DNA of 64,000 nt from contig NZ_QORW01000006.1 of the NCBI RefSeq assembly GCF_003574735.1, forward strand, positions 42,887 to 106,886. The letters are read 5' to 3'. The DNA is from Dongia deserti (lineage in GTDB: Bacteria; Pseudomonadota; Alphaproteobacteria; Dongiales; Dongiaceae). Shown here piece by piece: positions 10,359 to 20,241 of the stretch. A program made the position numbers and the translations under genes. How positions within the stretch are numbered: position 1 is the stretch's first letter; each line of letters starts with the position of its first letter. The notes under the pieces are model-generated. The model made no database searches. It had not been told where the DNA came from and worked only from the letters and a program-made list of their open reading frames with translations.

Positions 10359-12575
10359 ATGAAAATCGGTTGGGACCTGGCGGTAGGCGCGGCGATCCTG
10401 ATCGGCGCGCTGGCGTTGCGTGCCGTCGATCCGCTCCCGCTGCAACAGCTTCGCAACCTGACCTTCGATTCCTACCAGCGCCTGAAACCGCGTGTGTACG
10501 ATCCCAGCGTCTCGGTCGTCATCGCCGCAATCGATGAGAAATCGCTCGACACGTTCGGCCAGTGGCCCTGGTCGCGGATCACGCTGGCGCGGATCACCGA
10601 TCGGCTGACGGAAATGGGCGCCGCCGCGATCGCGTTTGATGTCCTGTTCGCCGAGGCGGATCGCACCTCTCCGGCCGCGATCGCCCAAAACCTGCCGGCG
10701 GATCCGCAGTATGGACCTGTGCGGGCGCAGCTTGCGACTTTGCCGGATCCCGATGCTGAATTTGCAGCGGCACTCGCGCGCTCGCCCTCGGTGCTTGCCT
10801 TCGTCTATTCCGACGATGCTCAGCTCAAGGGTCGACCACCAATCGATTATCGCTACAGCATCGCGACCATCGGCCCAGAGGGCAGCAACGTCGCTGCGAC
10901 CACCCTGGTTCGCGGCGGACCCTACGCGGTGCTGCCGCTGCCGCAGTTGATGAAATCGGCCCAAGGGTTGGGAGAAGTGCAGGCAGGCGATCCCGATCCC
11001 GATGGCGTGGTCCGGCGCGTTCCTCTGGTCGTCACCGTTGGCGACAAGCTGTTCAATACACTGGCCGGCGATGCGCTGCGCGTCGGGGTCGGCGGACAGA
11101 CGGCGCAGGTCAAGCTCTCGTCCGATGGTCAGATCGAGAAGATGCGCATCGGCGAGGCAATAATCCCGGTCAACCAGCGCGGCGAACTGCTGCTCTTCGA
11201 TACCGGCCTCGAGCCAAGCCGGCGCGTTTCGCTCGGGGACTTGTTCGAGCCGGATTTCGATCCGGCGCGAATCGCGGGGCATATCGTGCTCATCGGCGCC
11301 ACTGCGGCCGCATTCCAGGACCTTCGCACAACGCCGCTGGCGCCCTATATGCCGGGAGTCGAAATCCATGCACAGATCCTGGAGCAGGTACTCGCTGGCC
11401 AGTTCCTGACGCGGCCCTACGACGCGGACGAGGTCGAGCAATATTACCTTGGCGCATTTGGCTTGGTGCTTCTCGCGTTTCTGTACCGCCGCAGCGCCAT
11501 TGCAGGCGCCTTCGTTCTGGTCGGAGCGATTGCGGTGACGATCGGAGCGTCGTGGTGGCAGTTCGTGCAAAATGGCTATCTGTTCGATCCGATCTACCCG
11601 GCGCTCGCGGCAACGGCGATGTTCGGGAGCGGCACGCTGATCAACTACCTGCGGACGGAGCACGAGAAACGGCAGGTCCGACTGCAATTTGCACAATATC
11701 TCTCGCCGATCCTGGTCGATCGGCTTAGTGAGCATCCGGAGCAGTTGAAGCTCGGCGGCGAGCTGCGCGAGCTCACTCTGATGTTCTGTGATATTCGCGG
11801 CTTCACAAAGATCTCCGAGGCGCTTGATCCGCAGGCGCTGACGCAGCTGATGAACGCGTTCCTCACGCCGATGACCAAGATCATCCAGGCGCATGACGGG
11901 ACGATCGACAAATATATCGGCGACTGCATCATGGCATTTTGGAATGCGCCCATGGATGTCCCCAGCCATGCCGAGAAATCGATCCTGGCGGCGCTCAACA
12001 TGCGGGCGGGCCTTGAGCAGCTCAATGCCGCGATGGCGGCCATGGCGGGCGAGGACGGCCCCGCGGTCGAGATCAAGATCGGGATCGGCCTCAATTCCGG
12101 CACCGGATGCGTCGGCAATATGGGGTCGGAGCAGCGGTTCAATTACACGGTGCTGGGCGATGCCGTGAATATCGCGTCGCGGCTGGAGGCGCTCTCGCCG
12201 GCCTATGGCATCGACTTGGTGATAGGGCAAGAGACGGCGGAGAGCGCCTCTGGGCTGGCCCTGCTGGAACTCGATCGTGTGCGGGTGAAGGGCAAGGTCC
12301 TGCCGGTCCGGATCTTCACCTGCGTCGGTGATCGCACTGTCGCGGCCACGCCCCCGTTCCGGGCGCTCCACGAGGCCCAAGACCGCCTGCTGGCCCATTA
12401 TCGCGCCAAGGAATGGGACCAGGCTGAAGCCGCTTTAGGCGAATGCCGGAGCCTGGCGCCGGAATTCCTACACGGGTTCTATGATCTCTATGCCAGGCGG
12501 ATCGTTGAATATCGCCTCAGCCCGCCGCCCGCCGATTGGGATGGCGTCTATGAAGCCAAGACCAAGGCGGGGTAG
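10359..12575 (+). CDS. CHASE2 sensor-domain class III adenylate/guanylate cyclase
   Basis: Start chosen at ATG 10359 (MKIGWDLAVGAAIL) behind a GGAAG Shine-Dalgarno. It has an N-terminal TM helix, an extracytoplasmic CHASE2-like region, three TM helices, then cyclase motifs LTLMFCDIRGFT and DKYIGDCIMAFWNAP. Confidence 0.85.
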   Translation: MKIGWDLAVGAAILIGALALRAVDPLPLQQLRNLTFDSYQRLKPRVYDPSVSVVIAAIDEKSLDTFGQWPWSRITLARITDRLTEMGAAAIAFDVLFAEADRTSPAAIAQNLPADPQYGPVRAQLATLPDPDAEFAAALARSPSVLAFVYSDDAQLKGRPPIDYRYSIATIGPEGSNVAATTLVRGGPYAVLPLPQLMKSAQGLGEVQAGDPDPDGVVRRVPLVVTVGDKLFNTLAGDALRVGVGGQTAQVKLSSDGQIEKMRIGEAIIPVNQRGELLLFDTGLEPSRRVSLGDLFEPDFDPARIAGHIVLIGATAAAFQDLRTTPLAPYMPGVEIHAQILEQVLAGQFLTRPYDADEVEQYYLGAFGLVLLAFLYRRSAIAGAFVLVGAIAVTIGASWWQFVQNGYLFDPIYPALAATAMFGSGTLINYLRTEHEKRQVRLQFAQYLSPILVDRLSEHPEQLKLGGELRELTLMFCDIRGFTKISEALDPQALTQLMNAFLTPMTKIIQAHDGTIDKYIGDCIMAFWNAPMDVPSHAEKSILAALNMRAGLEQLNAAMAAMAGEDGPAVEIKIGIGLNSGTGCVGNMGSEQRFNYTVLGDAVNIASRLEALSPAYGIDLVIGQETAESASGLALLELDRVRVKGKVLPVRIFTCVGDRTVAATPPFRALHEAQDRLLAHYRAKEWDQAEAALGECRSLAPEFLHGFYDLYARRIVEYRLSPPPADWDGVYEAKTKAG

Positions 12576-12630
12576 AACAGGACATCATGCGGCATCTCAC
12601 GGCCAAGCCTGCAGTCTCGCCTGCTTCCAT

Positions 12631-12646
12631 CCCCCATTTGGGGGGG
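12631..12646 (+). terminator. short GC hairpin (CCCCC-ATTT-GGGGG) downstream of the cyclase gene
   Basis: Seen in sequence 56 bp after the stop. No U-tract follows. Confidence 0.25.
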
Positions 12647-12679
12647 CGGGCGAAGCCGGCCGCCTTGCTAGGCTGATCC

Positions 12680-15208
12680 ATGGCCAATATCGGGCTCATC
12701 GTTTTCGGGATCACCGGGCTGCTGGCCCTCACGAGCCTGCTGCCAGCTTTGGCGCAGCGGGTGAAGCTGCCTTATTCCGTGCTGCTGGCGCTGGCGGGCA
12801 GCGCGCTCGGACTGCTGATCGCCGTGCGCGGCCAGATGCCGGAAGGCGCCATGGTGACCGATTTCCTGACGGTCCTGTCCAGCTTCCACATCTCGTCGGA
12901 GGCCTTCCTGGTTATCTTCCTGCCGGCCCTGCTGTTCGAGAGCGCGCTCGCGATCGACGTCAGGCGGATGCTGAGCGACATCGCGCCGATCCTTTTGATG
13001 GCGGTGATCGCGGTCATCGTCTGCATGCTGGTGGTCGGGTTCGCGCTGGCCAGCGTGACGGAATACGGCCTGATCGCCTGCTTGCTGCTGGGTGCCATCA
13101 TCGCCACCACGGACCCGGCGGCGGTGATCGGCATTTTCAAGGAGATCGGCGCGCCCAAGCGGCTGACCATGCTAGTCGAGGGCGAGAGCCTGCTGAACGA
13201 TGCCGCCGCCATCGCGCTCTTCTCCATGCTGGTCGGCATGTTGCTGGGCGGGCAGGAGGCCGCCTGGGGTGGAGCCGCCGGCAACTTCCTGGTCAAGTTT
13301 GTAGGTGGCGCGCTGCTCGGCGGCGCGATGGGGCTCGGCGTCTGCTACCTCTTCCCGCTGCTCAAGGGGTTCACCACGGCGGAAATCACTTTGACGGTAG
13401 CGCTGGCCTATCTCAGCTTCGTGGTGGGCGAGCATTATTTCCATGTTTCGGGCGTCGTCGCCTGCGTCATTGCGGGGCTGGTGGTCGGCTCTCTCGGTCG
13501 CACGCGCATGTCACCCGCGACCCATGAACGGATGGCGGGCGCCTGGGGCCAGCTTGGCTTCTGGGCCAATTCGCTCATCTTCCTGTTCGCCGCCATGCTG
13601 GTGCCGGCCATCATGCGGCATACGACCTGGGCGGAGATCGGCGCCATCATCGTGCTCTATGTGGCCGCGCTGGTGGCGCGCCTGATCGTGGTCGGCGGGC
13701 TGCTGCCGCTGCTGACGTCAGTGGGGATTGCCGAACGCGTCGACAACCGCATGAAAGTCGTCGTGATGTGGGGCGGCATGCGCGGCGCCATCTCGCTGGC
13801 GCTGGCGCTGGCGATCGTCGAGCATCCCGGTGCCTCGGATTCGATCCGCGATTTTATCGCGACCAGCGTGACCGGCTTCGTGCTGCTGACCCTGTTCGTC
13901 AATGGCTCAACGCTGCGCCTGCTGATCCATTGGCTGAGGCTCGATCGGTTGTCGGCGTTGGATCGCGGTTTACGCGACCGCGCGCTGTCGCTGGCGATCG
14001 AGGAGATCGATCAGGAGGTACGCGCCATCGGTCGGCGCGAAGGCCTGGCTGCCGCCGCGATCGACATGATCACCACCCGCTATGCGATGCAGCTCAACCA
14101 CTTCCGCCGCATCCGTGCAGGCCGTGGCGACCTGATGCTGGACGAGCTGCTGTCGATCGGCCTTACGATCCTGAGCGCGCAGGAGGAAGCACGCTATTTC
14201 AAGAATTTCAGGGACGGCATCATGCCGCGACGGATCGCCGCCACATTGTTGACGGATGCCGGACGGCTGCGTGAGGCAGCCCGTTTCACAGGCCGCGAGG
14301 GCTATGCCGCGGCAGCACGCCAGACCTTGCGTCATGACTGGCGGATGAACCTCGGCATCTGGCTCAATCATCGCGTCGGCCTTGAGTGGCTGCTGGCGGA
14401 CGCCTTGGCCGAACGGTGCGAGACCATGCTCAATCGCCGGCTGGTGATCGGCGAGCTGCTCGGTTTCTGCCGCGATCGCCTGACCGCCCTGCTCGGCGAA
14501 GAGACCGCCATCGAGATCCGCGGCCTGATTCTGGAGCGCACGCGCGCGATCGACGAGGCGCTGACGGCGCTGCGCCTGCAATATCCGGACTTCACGCGCG
14601 AGCTGCAGAGCCGCTATTTGGGCCGGATCGCGCGCCAGATGGAAAGCGATCGCTATGAGGAGTGGAAGGAACGCGCCATCGTCGGTGGCGAGGTGGCGGA
14701 TGCCCTGTCGCGCGACCGCGACCAGCGCTGGGCCGACCTCGACAAGCCGCTGCGACTGGACGTGGCCTTGTCCGCGACCGAGCTGGTCGAACGCGTGCCG
14801 CTGTTCGCCAAGCTGCCGCCGGACAAGCGCGCTTCGATCGCGCTGCTGCTGAAGTCGCGCATGACCTTGCCCGGCGATCCGATCGTGCGGCGCGGGCAGC
14901 GCGGCGATGCCATGTATTTCATCGCTTCCGGCGCCGCCGCCGTGCTGATCCCCGGCAAGCCGGTGGAGCTGGGCAGCGGCGAGTTCTTCGGCGAGCTCGC
15001 TCTGCTGACCGGCCAACCGCGCAACGCGGACGTGGTTTCTCTCGGCTATTGCCGCCTGCTGGAACTGAGCTCAGGCGACTTCCAGGATCTCCTGGCGGGC
15101 GATGCCGATCTCAAGCGCGCCATCGAAGCGGTCGCGGAGGAACGCCTGCGCCCACTGCGCGGTGCGGCCCGCAGCCAGCAAGCTGCCGACAGGCAGGTCG
15201 GTCGATAG
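12680..15208 (+). CDS. CPA1/NhaP-type Na+(K+)/H+ antiporter fused to a C-terminal cyclic-nucleotide-binding (CAP_ED) domain
   Basis: The N-terminal roughly 400 aa is multi-TM Na_H_exchanger-like (ATTDPAAVIGIFKEIGAPKRL). The C-terminus has cNMP-binding hallmarks (FGELALLTGQPRNADVV). Confidence 0.85.
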   Translation: MANIGLIVFGITGLLALTSLLPALAQRVKLPYSVLLALAGSALGLLIAVRGQMPEGAMVTDFLTVLSSFHISSEAFLVIFLPALLFESALAIDVRRMLSDIAPILLMAVIAVIVCMLVVGFALASVTEYGLIACLLLGAIIATTDPAAVIGIFKEIGAPKRLTMLVEGESLLNDAAAIALFSMLVGMLLGGQEAAWGGAAGNFLVKFVGGALLGGAMGLGVCYLFPLLKGFTTAEITLTVALAYLSFVVGEHYFHVSGVVACVIAGLVVGSLGRTRMSPATHERMAGAWGQLGFWANSLIFLFAAMLVPAIMRHTTWAEIGAIIVLYVAALVARLIVVGGLLPLLTSVGIAERVDNRMKVVVMWGGMRGAISLALALAIVEHPGASDSIRDFIATSVTGFVLLTLFVNGSTLRLLIHWLRLDRLSALDRGLRDRALSLAIEEIDQEVRAIGRREGLAAAAIDMITTRYAMQLNHFRRIRAGRGDLMLDELLSIGLTILSAQEEARYFKNFRDGIMPRRIAATLLTDAGRLREAARFTGREGYAAAARQTLRHDWRMNLGIWLNHRVGLEWLLADALAERCETMLNRRLVIGELLGFCRDRLTALLGEETAIEIRGLILERTRAIDEALTALRLQYPDFTRELQSRYLGRIARQMESDRYEEWKERAIVGGEVADALSRDRDQRWADLDKPLRLDVALSATELVERVPLFAKLPPDKRASIALLLKSRMTLPGDPIVRRGQRGDAMYFIASGAAAVLIPGKPVELGSGEFFGELALLTGQPRNADVVSLGYCRLLELSSGDFQDLLAGDADLKRAIEAVAEERLRPLRGAARSQQAADRQVGR

Positions 15209-15230
15209 TCCACTCAGCTGAGCAATCCAA

Positions 15231-16148
15231 TTGACCAAAGACAATCATCTGCGGGGTATCCTGTTCCTGCTCGGCTCCGGGATCGTGTTCACGATCCTCG
15301 ATTCGCTCGCGAAGGAGGCATCGCACTACATCCCCGTGCTGCAAGTCGCGTGGGGGCGCTATGTGTTCCATATCGTGTTCCTGCCATTCTATGCGGAGCG
15401 ACCGGTAGGCCAGCCGATCTGGTCTACCACGCGCTGGGCGCGCATGTTCGTGACCAGGCATCCCTGGCTGCAGCTCGCGCGCTCGCTCTTGCTGCTTGCC
15501 GCCACCTTGTTCTTCTTCGGCGCGGTCAGCTACGTGCCGCTGGCGGAGGCACAGGCGGTCGCCTTCATCGAGCCGCTGCTGATCACCGCGATTGCGCATT
15601 TCTTTCTGGCTGAGCGCGTGGGCATGCGCCGCTGGCTGGCCATCGCCATGGGCTTCGTCGGTGTGCTGGTGGTGATCCGCCCCGGCTTCGGCATGATGCA
15701 TTGGGGCATGTTGCTGTCGCTAGGATCGGCTGGCTGCGGCTCCATCTATGCGACCCTGACCCGTATCGTCTCGCGCAAAGATTCGGCCGGCACGTCGCTC
15801 GCCTATTCCGGCGTGGCCGGGTTCATAGGGCTGACGCTCGTCATGCCTTTCATCTGGCAGCCCGCCTCCACTTATGTCTGGATCCTGTTCTTCGCCCTCG
15901 GGATTTCGGGCGGGCTCGGCCACTATCTCATAATCAGGGCGTTCGAGGCCGCGCCCGGCGGCACGCTCGCCCCCTTCATCTATGTGCAGATGCTGTGGAT
16001 GGTGATCGTCGGGTTCGTGTGGTTCGGTGATTGGCCGGCGATCACCACCTGGATCGGCATTGCCCTCATTGTCGGATCAGGTCTTTACGCCTTGCACCGC
16101 GAGCGCATCCGTGCCCGCGAACGCGCCCAAATTCCCACGCATTCCTAA
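15231..16148 (+). CDS. EamA/DMT family transporter
   Basis: Ten predicted TM segments with duplicated EamA-like halves. It lies 23 bp after the antiporter on the same strand. Confidence 0.75.
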   Translation: MTKDNHLRGILFLLGSGIVFTILDSLAKEASHYIPVLQVAWGRYVFHIVFLPFYAERPVGQPIWSTTRWARMFVTRHPWLQLARSLLLLAATLFFFGAVSYVPLAEAQAVAFIEPLLITAIAHFFLAERVGMRRWLAIAMGFVGVLVVIRPGFGMMHWGMLLSLGSAGCGSIYATLTRIVSRKDSAGTSLAYSGVAGFIGLTLVMPFIWQPASTYVWILFFALGISGGLGHYLIIRAFEAAPGGTLAPFIYVQMLWMVIVGFVWFGDWPAITTWIGIALIVGSGLYALHRERIRARERAQIPTHS

Positions 16149-16348
16149 AGCCTTACTGCGGGCGGTGGCATGGCCCATCCGGGTCAGGCGGGCGCACTGG
16201 CGCTCATCCCTTGCGGCGGGCTATAAGCAGGACGGGATTGGCGCGCCCATCCGTTGGTGCGCCGTCTGAAAGTTGGTCGCATTTTCTGCGCCGAACGCGG
16301 ATCCACTTCGGCGGAAAATGCTTCGGAGACGCAAGGGAGGACGACATC

Positions 16349-17863
16349 ATGAATCTCGAACAAGCAAAAGCACTGGATGCGAAAGCGCTGCACAAGGCGG
16401 CGGCCAAGCTGAAGCCCGAGACCCGCCACTTCATCGACGGCAAGTTCGTTCCTTCGAAAAAGGGCAAGACCTTCCAGACCATCAACCCCGCGACCGGCGA
16501 AGTGATCGCCGAAGTCGCCCGCGGCGATGCGGCGGACGTCGACGCGGCGGTGAAGGCGGCGCGCAAGGCGTTCAAGTCCGGCGCATGGTCGCGCATGGCG
16601 CCGCGCGATCGCATGCAGGTCATCTACAAGTTCGCCAAGCTGATCGAGGATAATGCGCTGGAGTTCGCGCTGCTCGACACCACCGACATGGGCAAGCCGA
16701 TCAGCGAGATGCTGAACATCGACATCCCCGGCTCGGTGATGACCTTCAACTACTTCGGCGAGACCATCGACAAGATCGAAGGACAGGTGACCGCGACGGC
16801 GGCGACCGAGTTCCATTACATCCTGCGTCAGCCGTTGGGCGTGATCGGCTGCATTGTGCCGTGGAACTACCCACTCATGATGGCGGCGTGGAAGACAGCG
16901 CCGGCGCTTGCCGCAGGCAACTCGGTCATCCTGAAGCCGGCCGAGCAATCGCCGCTCTCAGCCAACCTGCTGGCCAAGCTGTTCATGGAAGCCGGCGGTC
17001 CGGCCGGCGTCTTCAACGTCGTGCATGGCCTTGGTGAGGAGGCGGGCAAGGCGCTCGCGCTGCACATGGACGTCGACAAGATCGGCTTCACCGGCTCGAC
17101 CGAGGTCGGCAAACTGATGATGGTCTATGCTGGCCAGTCGAACATGAAGCGCGTCACGACCGAGTGCGGCGGCAAGACCCCGCAGATCATCACTGGCGAC
17201 GTGCCGGATCTCGACACCGCCGTGCAGTACGCGGTCAACGGCATCTACGGCAACCAGGGTGAAGTGTGCAACGCCGGCTCGCGCCTGATCGTCGATGCCA
17301 AGATCCACGACGAATTCGTCTCCAGGTTCCAGGAGAAGGCGAAGAAGAGCTTCATGCCCGGCGACCCGCTCGATCCGTCGACGACGATGGGCCCGCTGGT
17401 CACCAAGGAGCAGCAGAAGCGCGTGCTCTCCTACATAGACATCGGCAAGAAGGAAGGCGCCAAGCTCACCATGGGCGGCATTGTGCCCAAGGGCCTGGAC
17501 AAGGGTTGCTACGTCTCTCCGACGCTCTTCACCGGCGTCAAGAACGACATGCGCATCGCCAAGGAGGAGATCTTCGGGCCCGTCACCGGAGTCCTCACCT
17601 ACAAGAAACTGGATGAGGCGATCGCCATGGCCAACGATTCGATCTATGGCCTGGCGGCCTCGATCTGGACCTCCGACGTGTCGGTGGCCCACAAGGCGGC
17701 GCGCGACATCGAGGCCGGCATCGTCTGGGTCAACTGCTTCGACCATGGCGACATGACCTCGATCTGGGGCGGCTTCAAGCAGTCCGGCATGGGCCGCGAC
17801 AAGTGCCTGGAGACACTGACCACCGTCACCCAGACCAAGTCGGTGTGGATGCACCTGGGCTGA
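16349..17863 (+). CDS. NAD(P)-dependent aldehyde dehydrogenase
   Basis: Start at ATG 16349 (MNLEQAKALDA) behind a GGGAGG Shine-Dalgarno. ALDH motifs are present (VPWNYPL, FTGSTEVG, and catalytic-Cys context EVCNAGSR). Confidence 0.9.
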   Translation: MNLEQAKALDAKALHKAAAKLKPETRHFIDGKFVPSKKGKTFQTINPATGEVIAEVARGDAADVDAAVKAARKAFKSGAWSRMAPRDRMQVIYKFAKLIEDNALEFALLDTTDMGKPISEMLNIDIPGSVMTFNYFGETIDKIEGQVTATAATEFHYILRQPLGVIGCIVPWNYPLMMAAWKTAPALAAGNSVILKPAEQSPLSANLLAKLFMEAGGPAGVFNVVHGLGEEAGKALALHMDVDKIGFTGSTEVGKLMMVYAGQSNMKRVTTECGGKTPQIITGDVPDLDTAVQYAVNGIYGNQGEVCNAGSRLIVDAKIHDEFVSRFQEKAKKSFMPGDPLDPSTTMGPLVTKEQQKRVLSYIDIGKKEGAKLTMGGIVPKGLDKGCYVSPTLFTGVKNDMRIAKEEIFGPVTGVLTYKKLDEAIAMANDSIYGLAASIWTSDVSVAHKAARDIEAGIVWVNCFDHGDMTSIWGGFKQSGMGRDKCLETLTTVTQTKSVWMHLG

Positions 17864-17888
17864 GGTTTGGTGCTGCGATAGATTGCAA

Positions 17889-17920
17889 GGGCGGGAGGCG
17901 ACTCCCGCCCTCGTTGCTTT
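17889..17920 (+). terminator. rho-independent terminator (GGGCGGGAG-GCGA-CTCCCGCCC followed by a T-rich tail)
   Basis: A 9-bp GC stem with a 4-nt loop and then TCGTTGCTTT, 26 bp after the aldehyde dehydrogenase stop. Confidence 0.6.
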
Positions 17921-17962
17921 GAACGAAACCAACTAATACATGGTTTTTGCCCAGTAGATAGG

Positions 17963-17983
17963 GGGTTCCACGATGTGGAACCC
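17963..17983. promoter_or_regulatory. perfect 9-bp inverted repeat GGGTTCCAC-GAT-GTGGAACCC upstream of the histidine kinase
   Basis: Seen in sequence about 150 bp upstream of the kinase start. Confidence 0.3.
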
Positions 17984-18133
17984 GTATCAGCCTGAGTGCG
18001 AGCCGAAGCGCTTGTCCCGGCCGACTATCTCCGAGGCCGCAGGCGTTACTTCCCCTCAATGCTGCACGGACGTACATTTGACACAGAACCAGCCGGGAGC
18101 GCATTGTCTTCTGGCCGTCGCAGGACAGGGGCT

Positions 18134-20179
18134 ATGGGGGCCAAAAACCTTCACATTGCGCGTGCACCGAAGCCGGATTCGCGGTGGCCTGTCGCTTTCC
18201 TGCTGTCGGCGGCAACGATCCCTGTCGTCCTTCTCGCTGGTCTCTCCACGCAAGAGTTTCACACGAATTGGCAGCAGACCGAGCGTGAGCTCGCCCGCAG
18301 CGCCGACGCGACGGCCGAATACAGCCTGCGCATCCTGGAGGCGCATCGTCTCGCGGCCGACCGCGTCAATGATCTGCTGCGCGGCTTGTCGGATTCCGAG
18401 ATCCGGGCGCGCGAGTATGACCTTCATCAACAACTACGCGCGCTGATCCCGTCGCTCCCGCTGGTGCAGACGGTGGCGGTGCTCGATCGTGACGGCTATC
18501 TGCTGCTGACGGCGAATGTGTATCCGGTGCCGCGTGATCGTGACTTCAAGGACCGCGAGTGGGTGCGCGACCTGAGCAAACCCGACGCGCCTGTCACACA
18601 TGTCAGCAAAGTCAATATTGGACGCCTGGACAACTTCCTCTTCTTCGGCGTCAGTCAGCGGCGCAGCGGATCGGGCAATGGCTTGCCCGATGACGCGTTT
18701 GACGGCGTCATCAATATCTCCGTACAGCCCAATCACGTGTCCTCGGGCTTCGCCGACCTCACGACGGAGGCGAATGACGTTGTCGCCCTCGTTCGCGCCG
18801 ACGGCGAAATCCTTGCTCGAAATCCCGGATTTGAGAAACCGCTTCCTCCAATACCCCAAGAGAGCGATTACATCCGAGGAATCAACGGGGGCCTGGAGCG
18901 CGGCATCATGCGCGGGGTTTCGCCTGTAGACGGCGTGGATCGTCTGGTCGCCTTTCGCAAAGTGAGTGGCTACCCCCTCTACGCGCTGGTCGCCCGGGAT
19001 GCGGCTGCAGTGGTGGGACGCTGGAAGGAACGCCTGGAGGCGGAGCTCCTATTCGGTGGGCCAGCGATTCTGCTCCTGTGGGCGCTTGTCGCCCTGGCAT
19101 TTCGTGACACGCGGCGCGTGAAGGATGCCCAGCTCGAGCTGGCGCGCGCACAAGCACAACGCGACGCTGAGGCAAACTTCCGCGCCGTCTTCGACTCCGG
19201 CGTTGCCGGCATGGCCATTCTGAACTTCGATGGTTCGGCCGTCGCGGTAAACGACCGCCTACTATCCATGACCGGGCATTCCCGCGACCATCTGGCGCTT
19301 GGAAGGTGGAGCTGGAACGCCGTCACGGCGCCGGAATTCCATGAGGCGGACAAAGGCGCCATCGAGAAGGTGAGGCAAGGTCGAGGTCCCGAGAGCTACG
19401 AGAAGGATGTCGTGCGCGCCGATGCCAGCCGCCTGCCCGTTCGCGTCTTCGCATCGCTTCTGCCGGGCAGTCCGGGTCACGTGGTCGTCGTGGTCGAGGA
19501 CATTTCGAAGCACCGCGAGGCCGAAGCACGACGTGATCTGATGACGCGCGAGGTCGAGCATCGTGCCAAGAACATGCTGGCCATGATTCAGGCAAGCGTG
19601 CGGCTGAGCGCCGAGACGACAAGCGACAGCCATGCGCTTGCCGCCGCTGTTGAGGGCCGGATCGGCGCTCTCGGTCGCGTTCAGTCACTGCTGAGTGAAT
19701 CGGCATGGCTCGACGCGGATATGGCGAACTTGATCCGAAACGAGCTTGCCGCATTCCGGGACAGCGGTGAGGGCTGCTCGCTGTCGCGATGCATTATCGA
19801 AGGTCCTGCCTTGCGTCTCCCCGCAGCTGTCGCCCAGTCGCTGTCGATGATTATTCACGAGCTCGCCACGAATGCCGGTAAATACGGAGCGCTCTCGACC
19901 GGGCAGGGCCGCGTCATCGTGAAGTGGTCCACAACCGGCCATGATTCGCCGGCGATCTGCCTGAGCTGGATTGAGGAGAGCGGACCGAGGCTGTCGGAGC
20001 CGCCGACTCGCCGCGGCTTCGGCACAATGCTCATCGATACGGTTGTCCAGAGCCATCTGAATGGCACAGTCGCCAGGCAATGGGAGCCCAGCGGCCTCGT
20101 CTGCGACATCCGGATCGAAGTCCCGTTCTCGCGGAGCGAGACGCTGGTCGAGCACGGCGCCGAGCGCCGGAGGGCCTAA
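18134..20179 (+). CDS. sensor histidine kinase, HWE/HisKA_2 type, with periplasmic sensor region and PAS domain
   Basis: Start at ATG 18134 (MGAKNLHIARAP); the track ORF begins earlier at 17996. It has two TM segments flanking a roughly 280-aa periplasmic region, a PAS-like segment, the HisKA_2 motif VEHRAKNMLAMIQASV and an HWE-type ATPase C-terminus (GRVIVKWS...GFGTMLI). Confidence 0.8.
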   Translation: MGAKNLHIARAPKPDSRWPVAFLLSAATIPVVLLAGLSTQEFHTNWQQTERELARSADATAEYSLRILEAHRLAADRVNDLLRGLSDSEIRAREYDLHQQLRALIPSLPLVQTVAVLDRDGYLLLTANVYPVPRDRDFKDREWVRDLSKPDAPVTHVSKVNIGRLDNFLFFGVSQRRSGSGNGLPDDAFDGVINISVQPNHVSSGFADLTTEANDVVALVRADGEILARNPGFEKPLPPIPQESDYIRGINGGLERGIMRGVSPVDGVDRLVAFRKVSGYPLYALVARDAAAVVGRWKERLEAELLFGGPAILLLWALVALAFRDTRRVKDAQLELARAQAQRDAEANFRAVFDSGVAGMAILNFDGSAVAVNDRLLSMTGHSRDHLALGRWSWNAVTAPEFHEADKGAIEKVRQGRGPESYEKDVVRADASRLPVRVFASLLPGSPGHVVVVVEDISKHREAEARRDLMTREVEHRAKNMLAMIQASVRLSAETTSDSHALAAAVEGRIGALGRVQSLLSESAWLDADMANLIRNELAAFRDSGEGCSLSRCIIEGPALRLPAAVAQSLSMIIHELATNAGKYGALSTGQGRVIVKWSTTGHDSPAICLSWIEESGPRLSEPPTRRGFGTMLIDTVVQSHLNGTVARQWEPSGLVCDIRIEVPFSRSETLVEHGAERRRA

Positions 20180-20241
20180 ACAGCCACGCACGAGGCGAGT
20201 GGAACGCGTCCAACCGGCCATGGTTGACCGAGAAAGCAGCT

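Noticed and set aside
10329-12398. 689-aa ORF on the minus strand covering the CHASE2 cyclase gene
   Set aside because: It is antisense to a gene with clear domain structure. The translation is Arg/Asp/Gly/Leu-rich low-complexity sequence typical of open antisense frames in 65% GC DNA. It has no motif and no sensible start context.
12481-13527. 348-aa plus-strand ORF starting before the antiporter gene
   Set aside because: It is out of frame with, and mostly inside, the antiporter gene. The translation is Gly/Arg/Ala/Pro-rich with no TM or domain features, so it is a GC-skewed alternative frame.
16958-17932. 324-aa minus-strand ORF inside the aldehyde dehydrogenase gene
   Set aside because: It is antisense to a high-confidence ALDH gene, with no motifs.
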